Positions 37,175-49,453 of a stretch of 64,000 bases of DNA are shown here, piece after piece. The position numbers were made by a program, and so were the translations under genes. Position 1 is the stretch's first letter, and each line of letters begins with the position of its first letter. Location of the stretch: assembly GCA_951406725.2 (NCBI GenBank), contig OX597827.1, positions 43,090,001 to 43,154,000 on the forward strand, written 5' to 3'. Under the pieces are notes generated by a model that worked only from the letters and a program-made list of their open reading frames with translations, did not search any database and was not told the DNA's origin. Origin of the DNA: Octopus vulgaris. Its lineage: Eukaryota.

Positions 37175-37254
37175 ATTAAGTTATTAGACAACAGCTATGC
37201 TGGGGCACTGCCTTGAAGAATTTTTAGTTGAATGAATGGACCCCAGAAGTTCGC

Positions 37255-37550
37255 TTTTTGGCCGATGCCAGCGCCGCCTTGACTGGCTTCCGTGTCAGTG
37301 GCACATAAAATGCACCAATCCAATCGTAGCCGTTGCCAGCCTCCTCTGGCCCCTGTGCCAGTGGTACGTAAAAAGCACCCACTACACTCACGGAGTGGTT
37401 GGCGTTAGGAAGGGCATCCAGCCGTAGAAACACTGCCAGATCAGACTGGAGCCTGGTGCAGCCTTCTGGCTTCCCAGATCCCCGGTCGAACCGTCCAACC
37501 CATGCTAGCATGGAGAATGGACGTTAAACGATGATGATGATGATGATGAT
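37255..37550 (+). mobile_element. SINE family D
   Basis: Internal repeats plus ggttggcgttaggaagggcatcc...gacgttaaac(gat)n. Confidence 0.85.
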
Positions 37551-37552
37551 AT

Positions 37553-37950
37553 AGGCGCAAGAGTGGCTGTGTGTCAAGTAGCTTGCTTACAAACCACATG
37601 GTTCCGGGTTCAGTCCCACTGCATGGCACCTTGGGCAAGTGTCTTCTACTATAGCCTCAGGCCAACCAAAGCCTTGTGAGTGGATTTGGTAGACTGAAGC
37701 TGAAAGAAGACTGTCGTATATATGTATATATATGTGTGTGTGTGTGTTTGTATGTCTGTCCTCCCAACATTGCTTGACAACTGATGCTGATGTGTTTACG
37801 TCTCCGTAACTTAGTGGTTCGGCTAAAGAGACCTATAGAATAAGTACTAGGCTTACAAAGAATAAGTCCTGGGGTCGATTTGCTTGACTAAAGGTGGTGC
37901 TCCGGCATGGCCGCAGTCAAGTGTCTGAAACAAATAAAAGAGTAAAAGGG
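37553..37950 (+). mobile_element. SINE family B, full length, abutting the (GAT)n tail of the family D copy
   Basis: ggcgcaagagtggctgtgtg...ggttcagtcccactg...tail gaaacaaataaaagagtaaaag. Confidence 0.88.
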
Positions 37951-39350
37951 TGTATATATGTATTGTCTAATTCAGGCGCAAGAGTGGCTGTGGTATGAAG
38001 CTTGCTTCCCAACCACTGCAGGGTGGTCATAGCTGGAACACCTTCACACCTCTTAACTGCAATGGTGATGGTGGTGACACTGGGAGTAGTAGTGGTGTTA
38101 ATGATGGTGGTGATGGAGATAATGATGATGATGATGGCTGTTAGTGATGATAATGGGAATAGTGTTGATGACGGTGGCAGTGGTTGTGATGGTGTTGACG
38201 GTGGTGGTCGTTGTCGTTGTCATCGTGTTGATATTGATGATGGCTGCCACAACCATTGGCCACCCCCTCTTGCTCCCCTTCTTTCTCCTAAGTGTACACC
38301 TTGATTTAATGTCGGAAGAGATTAATCAGTTCTTATTTGGGCCTTGCTGTGTGTTAGCGCTTGGCTTACGTAATATCTTTCTTCTCTTCCTCTCTGCCAT
38401 CCACCTCTCCTTCCTTCATCTTTCTTCCTGCCTCTCTTGTAGTGTCTTAAGATGATTCACAAGCTGTACATCCCAATGCTGTCCACTATTCTAGCTCTCA
38501 CTGACCACTAGGTTCCTATGACAGTTCTTGAGATGGTTCTGACAGTATAATTACACTTAATTAAGCTGAATAGATTAAACACATTTTCTTAATTTCTTTC
38601 CATCTTCCTTTCTCTCTTCCTGCCATTTCAGGATGCTGTTTTCTTCTCCCTTTCAACCACTCCTGCAATCCCACTTTTCCAATCTTATCTTCATCTTTCC
38701 TTGCTATTGTTTCCTATAACCTCCCTTTTCCAGTCTTACTCTCTTTCCTTGTTGCTGTTATTGTTTGGCCACAAAGAGACCTGATCCGATGTCCTGTGGT
38801 TCTGCATCTGTCATAGTAGTATGGTTAATGCAATGGTGTCATTATATTGGATTCAAATTTTGGCAGAAGGCCAGCAATTGTGTGAGAGGATGCAAGTCAA
38901 CTACATTGACCTCAGTGGTCAACTGGTACTTATTTTATCGACCCCAAAAGGATAAAAGATGAAGTCGACCTTGGCGGAATTTGAACTCAGAACATAAAGT
39001 TGGAGAAAATGCTGCTAAGCATTTTTATACCGCAGTAACAATTCTGCCAGCTTGCTGCCTTTTGATAGAGTCATCTTATTAGCAATCTAAACACACACAT
39101 TATACACTACTAAAGAGTAAGAATTAAAAATATAAATGATTAAATACTGTCCACTTTTTCTATGCTTGCATGGGTCAAACAGAGTTTATTTGAGGCAGAT
39201 ATTTTGCCTGTGGCCAGATGCTCTTCCTGCTGCCAACCTCTATCTGTTTCCAAGCTAGGTAATATTTTTCTATGGCCAGCAATGCTCTCTCACAGAATAT
39301 TGGAAATAAATGACAGTGGCACTCACAACTGTCATGATAAGGTGATGCAA

Positions 39351-39388
<38 letters not shown>

Positions 39389-39951
39389 ACACACACACAC
39401 ACACACACACACTCATGCACATGCTGTTTTAAAGTGATCTGTTAAAGTCTTTCAACTAAATTTTATATTAATTCAAAGTTCCAAATACCCTTTGATACCA
39501 TCCAGCGATATAAACAGCCTGGTTTAAAGCAATCTAAATTAAAACCTTTCACCAAAAATTCATCTAAATTTAGGTTCCAAATTCTTCATTACTTTCAAAA
39601 TTAATTGAAATTAAGGTAGTGTAGGGTTAATAATGATAAAATTTATTTTTGAAGAATTTTCTTCAATATTTTCAAAATCAGTTATTACAAAAGCAATTTA
39701 TTTCTACAAGAAATATGGTAACGAAAAGGTTAATAAAGGAACAAATGGTGACTGCATATGCCAGAGAGAGACAAAGCTAAGATATACCACTGAAGCAATA
39801 GCATAAGCAGGACTACAAACCACATTGCTGGCTCCGTATTTTAGTAATTCTGAGTAAGAATGGTTAGAGGGTAAAGAGGATCTCCCATTGTCTTTCCGTA
39901 TGACAACCTCTCTTGAGTCAGTGTTATAACATACACCTTCTAAGAGCATTT

Positions 39952-40181
39952 TTATTTCTTTATTGCCCACAAGGGGCTAAACGTAGAGGGGACAAGGACA
40001 GACAAAGGGATTAAGTTGATTGCATCAACCCCAGTGCATAACTGGTACTTATTTAATCAACCCTGAAAGGATGAAAGGCAAAGTTGACCTCGGTGGAATT
40101 TGAACTCAGAAGTAATGGCAGACGAATTATCGCTAAGCATTTCGCCCGGCATGCTAACGTGTCTGCCAGCTCACCGCCTTA
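39952..40181 (-). mobile_element. SINE family A, full length
   Basis: Reverse complement of 6583-6814 with many CpG to TpG/CpA changes. Confidence 0.88.
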
Positions 40182-40454
40182 AAGATCATTGTAGTTTGCT
40201 TGAAGCATTGTAATATCAATGCAGGAAGTTTAACAAGGCCCATCTTCAGAAGAAAGACAAGCTGGGAAATGTCTCCCCAAATGGAGAGTAACTCCTGTTG
40301 AGAGCATAACACTGAGGGATCTGAATGGGTTAACGGAACGTGTATAACTAGACATTTCTCAACCTGTTTTCCATCTGCGGATGGGCCTTTGTGCTTGAAA
40401 TATAAACTGTCTGCTTTGTGAGGAGCTTTCCTATTTTCTCTTTTTCCCTACACT

Positions 40455-40966
40455 TTCTAGCTAGTCCTCTTTGTAGTATGGGGCACATAGGGCCACAACA
40501 TGATCTTTCCAACCAGCTATTTTCTTCCACTGTTCTGATCTCGTTCCAGCCTCTCCACCCTTCTTGTCTCCTTTCCTTCTCAATGGTCCTTTGCCACGTG
40601 GTTTTAGGGCACCTTGCTGCTCTTTCCCACTCAGGCTGCCACTTCAGTTCCACCATACAATCGCTTTCTCGATCTTATCTGACGACGTATCCAATCCAGT
40701 TCCAACGTTTACCTCTTATTTCATCACTGACCCTGTTGATGTCTGTTGTTGTCTCAATTGTGTCATTTCGGACTCTTTGCAGCCACTTGATGTTGAGTAT
40801 CCTCCTTGAGCATGTAAAGGAGAAGCTCTCCATCATCTTTATTTTCTTCCATTTTCGTTTCACTTTCCCAGTTTTCACATCCGTAGTGTAATATTGGTCG
40901 AACCAATGTCTTGAACAACATCAGCCTCGTTTTGCGGCCTATACTAGTCCAACTCCATACCTGCAT
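40455..40966 (-). mobile_element. 5'-truncated, frameshifted RTE-clade LINE (3' end of the RT ORF)
   Basis: Three overlapping frames give KTRLMLFKTLVRPILHYGCENW / CSRRILNIKWLQRVRN...IRGKRWNWIGYVVR / LKWQPEWERAARCPKTTWQRTIEKE. These are the typical RTE post-RT motifs (LYGCETW, RRIL.I.W, RW.WIGH, GRPKTTW). Confidence 0.88.
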
Positions 40967-41391
40967 GGTTTTATCTGTAGCTCAGCGTGTGTGTGTGTGT
41001 GTGTATAATTAGGACTGTGACAATCCATTTAAGTAATTAACCCATGCCAGCACAGAACTAACGGATGTTAGATGAAGATGATAGTTATAATTGATAGCAA
41101 TTATATCATAGAAAAGCTATTCCTCACTATTTAATAATGCACAGAGCGAATTCATGTGATGTCCAAATTTTCAACACACATCTGTGACCTTGCTCTCTGA
41201 CACGGAGTTGCATTGCAGTAACCAGGTAGGTCACAGGTGTGCTGTGAGAGTTTTTGACTCCTCGTGGAACAAACCTAAAACTTGAAGTTAAAATTGAACA
41301 GTTTGCTGCATGCTGTTAGATGCCTCTTCCACTTATTAGAAGAAAGTACAACTTCAAAATGTGTCACTTGTTAAGGCTATCTCTACGGATA

Positions 41392-41901
41392 TCTATATAT
41401 ATAAAACTGTAGTTGTGTGAGTGTCTGCCCCCTTCGATTTAGATTCCTAACTACTCCCACATTTTGCGGTGCAGTTTAACCAAATTCGGGTATCTTATAG
41501 TCGTGAGTCATATCGAGCCCGTCTGAGTATTAGCGCGCGTCTACGATGAGTCTACGATTTTAAAAATAATTTAACATAATTTTTTATTCCATTTTAATGC
41601 ATAATTTTTCGTGTGTCGATGGCGGCGGAGCTGGCGTCCATGGTCACACCTGCACCTGTTTGCTTCTCCCCCTTCTTCCCTCCCTCGTGAAGCTGTGGGG
41701 AAGGGAGTGTAAGGAAATCAACGTCGTAAAGCGTTGTCAAGGAGACCAGCGTTCTTTTAGAACGACTTCATGGCTTAAAGACACCAAAACAGAAATGGCT
41801 AAGAAAGCCCGAATCGGCATCTATAAGGGAAGTAACTCTCCAAAAATGCTTATATAGTTATTTCCCTTACAAACCCAAGCAACGCCGGGCGATACTGCTA
41901 G
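41392..41901 (+). mobile_element. Non-autonomous Helitron, complete (510 bp)
   Basis: A|TC...CTAG|T insertion with no TSD. Subterminal hairpin CCCAAGCAACGCCGGG. The 3' end is shared with 12661-13047. Confidence 0.88.
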
Positions 41902-42260
41902 TTCCATACAAATTACCGCCAACACTCATTTTGGTTACGTTTCATATCCAAGACATCCGATGTAAAACAAACTGATTAAGATGAAAAAAAGGGGTAAGGG
42001 TAAAAAAAAGGATAAGATCTCTTTCAACCTTTATTTGTTTCAGTCATTGGAGTGTAGCCATGTTAGGGCACCACTGCTTTGATAGGTTTTAAGTCAACGA
42101 AATCGACCCCAGTGCATTTTTCTTTTTATTGTTGATGTAGTGGTGGTGGTGGTGGTGAATGAGAATAAGTCCTGGGGTCAATTTGCTTGACTAAAAGGTG
42201 GTGCTCCAACATGACCATGCTCAAATGTCTGAAACAAGTAAATGAGTAAAGAGTATATAT

Positions 42261-42616
42261 GGAGGCGTAATGGCCCAGTGGTTAGGGCAGCAGACTTGCT
42301 GTCATAGGATCGGGGTTTCGATTCCCAGACCAGGCGTTGTGAGTGTTTATTGAGCGTAAACACTTTAAGCTCCACGAGGCTATGGCAGGGACTGGTGGTG
42401 AACCCTGCTATTCTCTTTCACCTCAACTTTCTGTTGTACCTGTATTTCGAAGGGCCAGCCTTGTCATACTCTGTGTCATGCTGAATCTCCCCAAGAACTA
42501 CATTAAGGGTACACGTGTCTATGGAATGCTCAGCCACTCACACGTTAATTTCACGAGCAGGCTGTTCCGTTGATCGGATCAACTGGAACCCTTGTCATCA
42601 TGACCGACAGAGTTCC
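42261..42616 (+). mobile_element. SINE family C, full length
   Basis: Collinear with 4852-5222. Confidence 0.88.
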
Positions 42617-42634
42617 ACAGTATATATATGTATG

Positions 42635-42683
<49 letters not shown>

Positions 42684-42794
42684 TGTGGCACTCAGTATTT
42701 AAACAAGCACAGATTCTGCTGGTGTATATTAGTGACTGCTTTTCCTTGTCCTCGCACATGGTCTGATAGTAGCAGTAGCAGCAGTAGCAGCAGC

Positions 42795-42841
<47 letters not shown>

Positions 42842-45280
42842 AGGTGGTGGTGGTGGTGGTGGTTGTTTTAGTGGTGTTCACAAAGACAAAAGGCTGTAAG
42901 CAACAACAGTAGCTCTCTTGTAGCAGTGAAAATGGTTATCACAGCATCAACAACCACAACAGCTGTGGCAAGAACAGCAGCAGCAGCAGTAGTAGTAGTA
43001 GTAGTTGTTGTTGTGGTAGTGGTGGTGGTGGTGGTATGGTGGCGATGGTGGCCAAATAAATTTTGTTTGAGAAAATCTGAATAGATTATGTAGAATGTCA
43101 CCTAGCAATGACCCCCAAATACAGTTTGTTATTATTGAAGTTAGTGGATGTGGCTATGGTGGTGGTGGTGGTGGTGGTGGTAGTGGTGGTGGTGTGTGTG
43201 TGTGTGGGGGGGTAGATTCAGTATTCTACCCTACCCCTGCCATCCCACACCCACTTTCCCCCCCCCAAAATAAAATGCAATAAAAAATCCAAAAATTACT
43301 GACAGATGGACATGGAGTGGACATTGGCTGTGAAGCAGAAGAGGGGAGGGGTGGGGTGGTAGTGGTAGTGGTGGTGGTGATAGTGGTGGGTGGATTGTGG
43401 AATAATGTGATATAGCCAAAAAATTGAAGAAAAATAATCATAATATTGTAAACCTTAAAGCAGGAAGAACACAAGAATAAAAACAAATAAATAAATAAAA
43501 ATTTCCCAGGTGTTGATGGGGGAGGGGGGAAAGATTTGCGGGGGGGGGGATGAGGTGAGGGAGAAGTGGGAGTATGTTAGGGGAGGAGTTGCAGGTGAGA
43601 AATAAATGAAAGAACAAATAAAAAAAAAACAAAAAAAATAATTGCACTCAAATCATATGACTCAGGTAAAAGTCTTTTTTTTTTCTCTGACTGGAGAAAG
43701 CATGTGAAGAATCAGCTGATTAAGAATAATGCCGCTTGCTGTTGTTGTTGTCGTTGTTGTTGATGATTAGCCCTAGGTCAGGCCTGACTGAGCAGACCTA
43801 TGATCAACAACAAGAATTATAGTGTTGGCTAACTGGTCTTGCTTCTGTGCAAGGAACCCAAGACCAGGGCCATTTTACGTAGTATGTCCTTCTTAAGTAA
43901 ATGGTGGAGGTGTGATTTAAAGATATATACATACCTCCACCACACACACACACACATTTCCTTAAATGGCACTGTTGGTTTAGCCAGCAAGTGTTGATCC
44001 AATCAACGAAGCAGCCTCTGTGTGAGTGTGTGTGTGTGCGTGTATGTGTGTGTGTGTGTGTGTCTGTTTATATGTAATCCCTTATTTACTGTTTTAAGGT
44101 AGTAAAATGTGTGGCACGAGGGAGGTTTGGCTTCTGTTTCTAGCAATAATCAAGCCACAACATAGCAGTTTCCTTGTTGGGTCTAAAAATTTCTGGATGT
44201 GTTCACAGCAATGACAATCTTTTTTTTTTGTCCTTTTATAATGCCCCCCTCCCCTCTGCCCCCAGCCAGCATATCAAACTGCTTAATCTACAGAACTTAT
44301 CTGGGTCATGGACATAGCAGATTGACTACTCAGGAGATAACAAAATAAGTTTCTTCTGGTAAGGGTAGGTGGGTGTTGACTTACACCTGGGACATGCTGG
44401 TATTTAATTTGTTTGGAGGGGAGGTCTGTAGTGTATACTTTTGTTTCGTAGGTGCAGGCGTGGCTTTGTGGTAAGAAACCCTGTTGTTTCCCCTGTTGTA
44501 TATTATCGGATTCAATCCCACTGTGTGACACCTTGAACAAGTGTTTTATACTATAGCCTCAGGCCAACCCAAAGGCTTGTGAATGGATTTGGTAGATGGA
44601 AACTGAAAGCCGGTCACATCATCATCATTTAACAACTGTTTTCCATGCTGGCATGGGTTGGATGGTTTGGCAGGAGCTGACAAGCCAGAGAGCCACACCA
44701 ATCTCCAGTTGCCCGTTCTGGCAAAGTTTTCATGGCTGGATGCCCTTCCTAATACCAACCACATTACAGAGTGTATTGAATACTATTTAAGTGCTTTTCA
44801 CAAAACAATATAGTTTATGTATATGCATATGCATGTTGTATTAAAAAAAAAATAAATAAAATTTCCTGTGACCATTGCCAGTACCGCCTGACTGGCCCTC
44901 GTGCCGGTGGCACGTAAAAGCACCCACTACTCTCTCAGAGTGGTTGGCGTTAGGAAGGACATCCAGCTGTAGAAACTCTGCCATATCAAGATTCGAGCCT
45001 GGTGCAGCCATCTGGTTTGCCAGTCCTCAGTCAAATCGTCCAACCCATACTAGCATGGAAAGTGAACATTAAACAACGATGATGATGATGAAGCTGAATT
45101 CTTAGACAAGTATTTACGGTTAAAAATGGTAGGTTAGCTTGTACACCAAGACAACTTTGGAGGGCCAAAAGTCCTATGTGAACTGCAGAAGGATTTTGAA
45201 AGATAGTGATGATGTTTGCATGTTTACACAGCATGTTCACATTATATGCTACATTAATCTTTATACTAGAAAATTCATTA

Positions 45281-45315
<35 letters not shown>

Positions 45316-45796
45316 ATGTGTGTGTTTTATTGTTTCTTTGCTTTGACATCACTTGATTGTTGTAAGCAGGTGTCACTGTCATGCAAATGTCCTTCTTTGT
45401 CCAATCTTCCATGCAAAACATGTCTTGTCATATGTTTAAGATATTACCTTACTTGGAGACAAGCGATAATTGGTGACAAGAAGGGTGTACGGCTGTAAAA
45501 AAATAATCTACCTTAATAAATTCCATGCAACCCATGCAAGTAGGAAAAAGTGGACATTAAAATGATGGTGATGAAGATGGTGGTGGTGGTGTTGGTTATG
45601 ATGGTGGTGGCGGTGGTAGTGGTGGTGGTGTTGGTTATGATGGTGGTGGCGGTGGTAGTGGTGGTGGTGACGGCAGCGGCGGTGGCGGTAGAGATACCGA
45701 TGATGACTGTGATTGGCTTGTATGTGCTGCATGTGACTACAAACGGTGAATATCATGGTTTATATTGCTATGTTCTGAGATCAAGTTCCACTGTGG

Positions 45797-46347
45797 CTGA
45801 CATTACCCAAGGATGGAGAATATAACAAGGAGCTACAGACTAGGGCCTCCCGCCACCTCCTTGTGCCTGGTCAAAAGTATAATCTGTGTGAACAATGGCT
45901 GGGAGGTAATATGCCTTCCTGTAGATTTAGGTGTTGGAAGATTTGTTGGATGCAAGCTCTGGAGTGTACTGGAGATTCACTTCAAAGGAGAGGAAAGATG
46001 TTGGCCAAAAATTGTTAAAAGCCATGGAGAAAGCAAGCCATTACATCTGGCTCAAGAAAGAGACCATGTGGTGCAACAAGAATAAGCATTGATGATATTG
46101 ATGAAGGTAGAAACATCTGGCCCAGAGTTTGCAAACACAACATGTGTTGTTGTGAAGGTGTCTTGTTGCTTACATCAGCGGGTGGCTCTTAGGAGCTTTG
46201 GTGTTACAATGAAAGGGACCCGAAACAATTTCAGAGTTGCTTCACAGTGTGATGAGACATCGACTCCTGCATGAAGAGATGGAGTGCAACAGCATCCACA
46301 GCACACAAACGCTTACCCCAAGTGGTTGCGGATTTGTAGAAACAATA
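45797..46347 (+). mobile_element. Decayed 3' end of a restriction-like-endonuclease non-LTR retrotransposon (HERO/NeSL-like): ORF remnant plus 3' UTR
   Basis: With frameshifts: LTLP/MENITRSY...CVNNGWEVICLPVDLGVGRFVGCKLWSVL.../KAMEKASHYIWLKK...stop 46090-46092. This resembles the ELTVPWE..., C...GW...C.PVEVG.RGF and AEKAS.W.WL.R C-terminal motifs. Confidence 0.62.
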
Positions 46348-46359
46348 GAGCAAATATTA

Positions 46360-46596
46360 TAAGGCAGCGAGCTGGCAGAAATGTTAGCACACCGGGCGAA
46401 ATGCTTAGCAGTATTTCGTCTGCCTGTTATGTTCTGAGTTCAAATTCCGCCTAGGTCGACTTTGCCTTTCATCCTTTCGTGGTTGATAAATTAATTACCA
46501 GTTATGCACTGGGGTCAATGTAATCGACTTACTCCCTTTGTCTGTCCTTGTCTGGCCCCTCTGTGTGTAGCCCCTTGTGGGCAATAAAGAAATAAG
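46360..46596 (+). mobile_element. SINE family A between two ~263-bp direct repeats
   Basis: Collinear with 6583-6814. Confidence 0.88.
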
Positions 46597-47267
46597 AAGA
46601 GGCATTGATGATATTGATGATGGTAGAAACATCTGGCCCAGAGTTTGCAAACACAACTTGTTCTGTTGTGCAGCTGTCTTGTTGCTTACGTCAGCAGGTG
46701 GCCCTCAGGAGCTCTGGTGTTACAATAAAAAGGAACTGAAACAATTAACAGAGCTGTTTCACAGTGTGATGAGACATCAACTCCTGCATGAGCAGATGGA
46801 GTGCAACAGCATCCATAGCACACAAATGCTTACCCCAAAGTGGTTGCGGATTTATAGAAACAATAATGTGATATTGAGGTCGTCTTTCCTTTCTGATCTT
46901 GAATCCCGTTAAGATCGATGTGTCCTCTTCATCCTTCAAAAGTCAATGAAGTAAGTACCGGCGATGCACTGGTGTTAATATAATTGACTATACCACTCCC
47001 AGCACAAATGTGTTGCCTTGTCTCTCTATTCGAAATCAATAGATTTGTTTCGATTTTTAAAAATTGTTGGCTGTTGTTTGTTATTTGTTGTTGTTGTTGT
47101 TGGCTTTTATTCATTTTCTTTTATCCTTTCACTTCTAAACATTTTATTGTTTGTGTGTGTGTGTTTAGTACAAGTTCTAACTTGAATATTATAGTAACAT
47201 TGGTTGCTATAGTACATGTAAAAGTCATTTTTAAATGCTTGATTTGTTGTGTTTTTTTGTGTTGTTG

Positions 47268-47299
<32 letters not shown>

Positions 47300-47485
47300 G
47301 AGGATCATATTAGTGATGGTAGTGGTTGCGCTAGCAATCTCGGTTGTTGTGGTGATGGTGGTGGTGGTGATGATGGTGTTGGTGTGGTGATTGTAGTGAT
47401 GGTAGTGTAGTGGTGGTGATGGTGGGAGACATGCTGGTACTAGCAATATTGTTGATGTGGTGGTGGTGGTGGTGGTGGTGCTGCT

Positions 47486-47516
<31 letters not shown>

Positions 47517-47867
47517 ATGATGATGGTGACAGTGGTGAGGTGATTGTGTAGAGTAGTATACATTGATAATGTGGTAGCAATAGTGTTGTAGTAGCAGTTG
47601 TTGTTGTTGTTCCAGCAGGCCTATGATCAAAGGCATTCCAGCCATGACCTTCCCATCTTTGTCTTCTGTACAGGGAATTCAGGACCACATTGTCCATTAT
47701 GTAAGTGGGAGTGTGGTTTGAGTGGGATATGGCTGCTATTTCTAGCAAGGTGAGTGATAGCATAGAAGGTTCCCTTGTTAGCTCATAGTAGTGGTAGTTG
47801 GTGTATGTATTTGTAGTTATGAAAAGTATCTTTTTAACAGATAAATAATAACAATTAGAGTAGTAAT

Positions 47868-48320
47868 TCCTTCTGTTACAAGCACAAAGCCTGAAATTTC
47901 GGGGGAGGGGACTAGTTATTGCATTGACCCCAGTACCCAGCTGGTATTTATTTTACTGATCTTGAAAGGGTGAAAGACAAAGTCAGCCTCAGCTGAATTT
48001 GAACCCAGAACATAAAGATTGGTGTAATGCTGCTAAACATTTTGTCTGGCATGCTAATGACTCTGCCAGCTTGTCACCCTCACTGCCTTAATAATAATTG
48101 TGAATAATAACGAGCATTTCAAATTTAGGCACAAGGCCAGCAATTTTGAGTGGTAGGAGGGTTAAATCAATTAATACTGATACCAGTACTTAGATGATAC
48201 TTAATTTATTGACCCCAGAAGCATAAAGGGCAAAGTTGACCTTGGCAGCATTTGAATTCAGGACATAAAGAACCGTAAGCATTTTGTCTCTCACACAGTA
48301 GCAATTCTACCAGCTTGCCA
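47868..48320 (-). mobile_element. Two old family A SINE copies
   Basis: Reverse-complement matches, strongly CpG-decayed. Confidence 0.7.
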
Positions 48321-49220
48321 TGTTGATAACATTGGTAATTATATATTCTTTTATTGCCCACAGTAGCCCAAGATGTTTGGGGCTTTGCAAAGATGAAATA
48401 CATGGGGAAGCAACAAATAAAGAAACAGAGTGGATGGGGTTGTATTGAGTTAAATTTTAAAATTTCAGTTGTACATTTACATAATCCCTATATGAACCAA
48501 TGTAGAAGATATCACTCCACGTATTGTCCAGGTCTACCTTAACTGTTGCTTTTAGGGGCTCAAGGTTTTGGGCTATATAGAAACGTGTGACTTTTCTTAG
48601 TGCTTGCAATTAGCTAAAGAGAGCTCAGGTAAGGCAGCAATATCCATATCCTGAGTCATATAGCTCTGCTTTGTTTTTTTACTTTGATAGGTAACATGTT
48701 TAGTGCTTCTTTGGTATTTGCAACACTTGTGAAGACACTACTAAAACAATACTTTTGCCCATTAAAAAAAATGACATGTTTTCTTCATTTAGCAAAATGT
48801 GTATGTAAATGTGTGTGTGTGTGTATGTGAGAGAGAAAGATAGAGTCCTGCTGTGGAATTGAATTTGTTATTATTTTTGTTTTTTGTTGATAGTTAAATT
48901 TTCTTTTGTTTCCTCTCTGTGTAGCTTGCGTTTGTTTTCACTTTGGCTTGAATTGGTTGTAATCAAAGTGGGAGGGGGTATAATTATGTTATAAAAATGA
49001 TAGACTTCATGTCTCTGCAGGTATGAGCTAACATCCATTGCACTCTTGGAGGTTCCTTTTTGATAGCTATCCAAAAATAAATTAAAAATTTTTTTTGCTT
49101 CAGTTGTGGTTTGTAGAAAAAAAATATCCATTATTCTTGAAATGATGTAAGCAACATACAGTAGTAGTAGCAGCAGCAGTAGTAGTAGTAGTAATAATAA
49201 TAATAATAATAATGATGATG

Positions 49221-49266
<46 letters not shown>

Positions 49267-49423
49267 AATAACAATAATATCAACAGCAAAAAAAAAAAAT
49301 GGTAAATATTGCAAATTAGAGAATAAAATTATTTGTCTTCATTTTTTTTTTCTCATTTAAAAAAAAATTTTTTATTTGTCTTCTTGTCACTCATTCAGTT
49401 TTTCTCTTTTTACTATGTTGTAG

Positions 49424-49453
49424 GTCAACTCACAACGAATTAGAGAAGAATCG
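49424..49453 (+). CDS. MXD: 30-nt coding microexon encoding the basic region of the MXD/MXI1 bHLH
   Basis: Long T-rich tract plus TAG acceptor (49421-49423). Exon reads G TCA ACT CAC AAC GAA TTA GAG AAG AAT CG = (R)STHNELEKN(R), then a GTAAGT donor at 49454. RSTHNELEKNR is the canonical MXI1/Mad basic region, and the phase matches the previous exon. Confidence 0.93.

Larger units (their letters stand above)
20706..49423 (+). other. 28,718-bp GT-AG intron of the MXD-family gene
   Basis: Bounded by the donor and acceptor of the two frame-compatible exons. No other MXD-like coding sequence was recognised within it. Confidence 0.85.
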
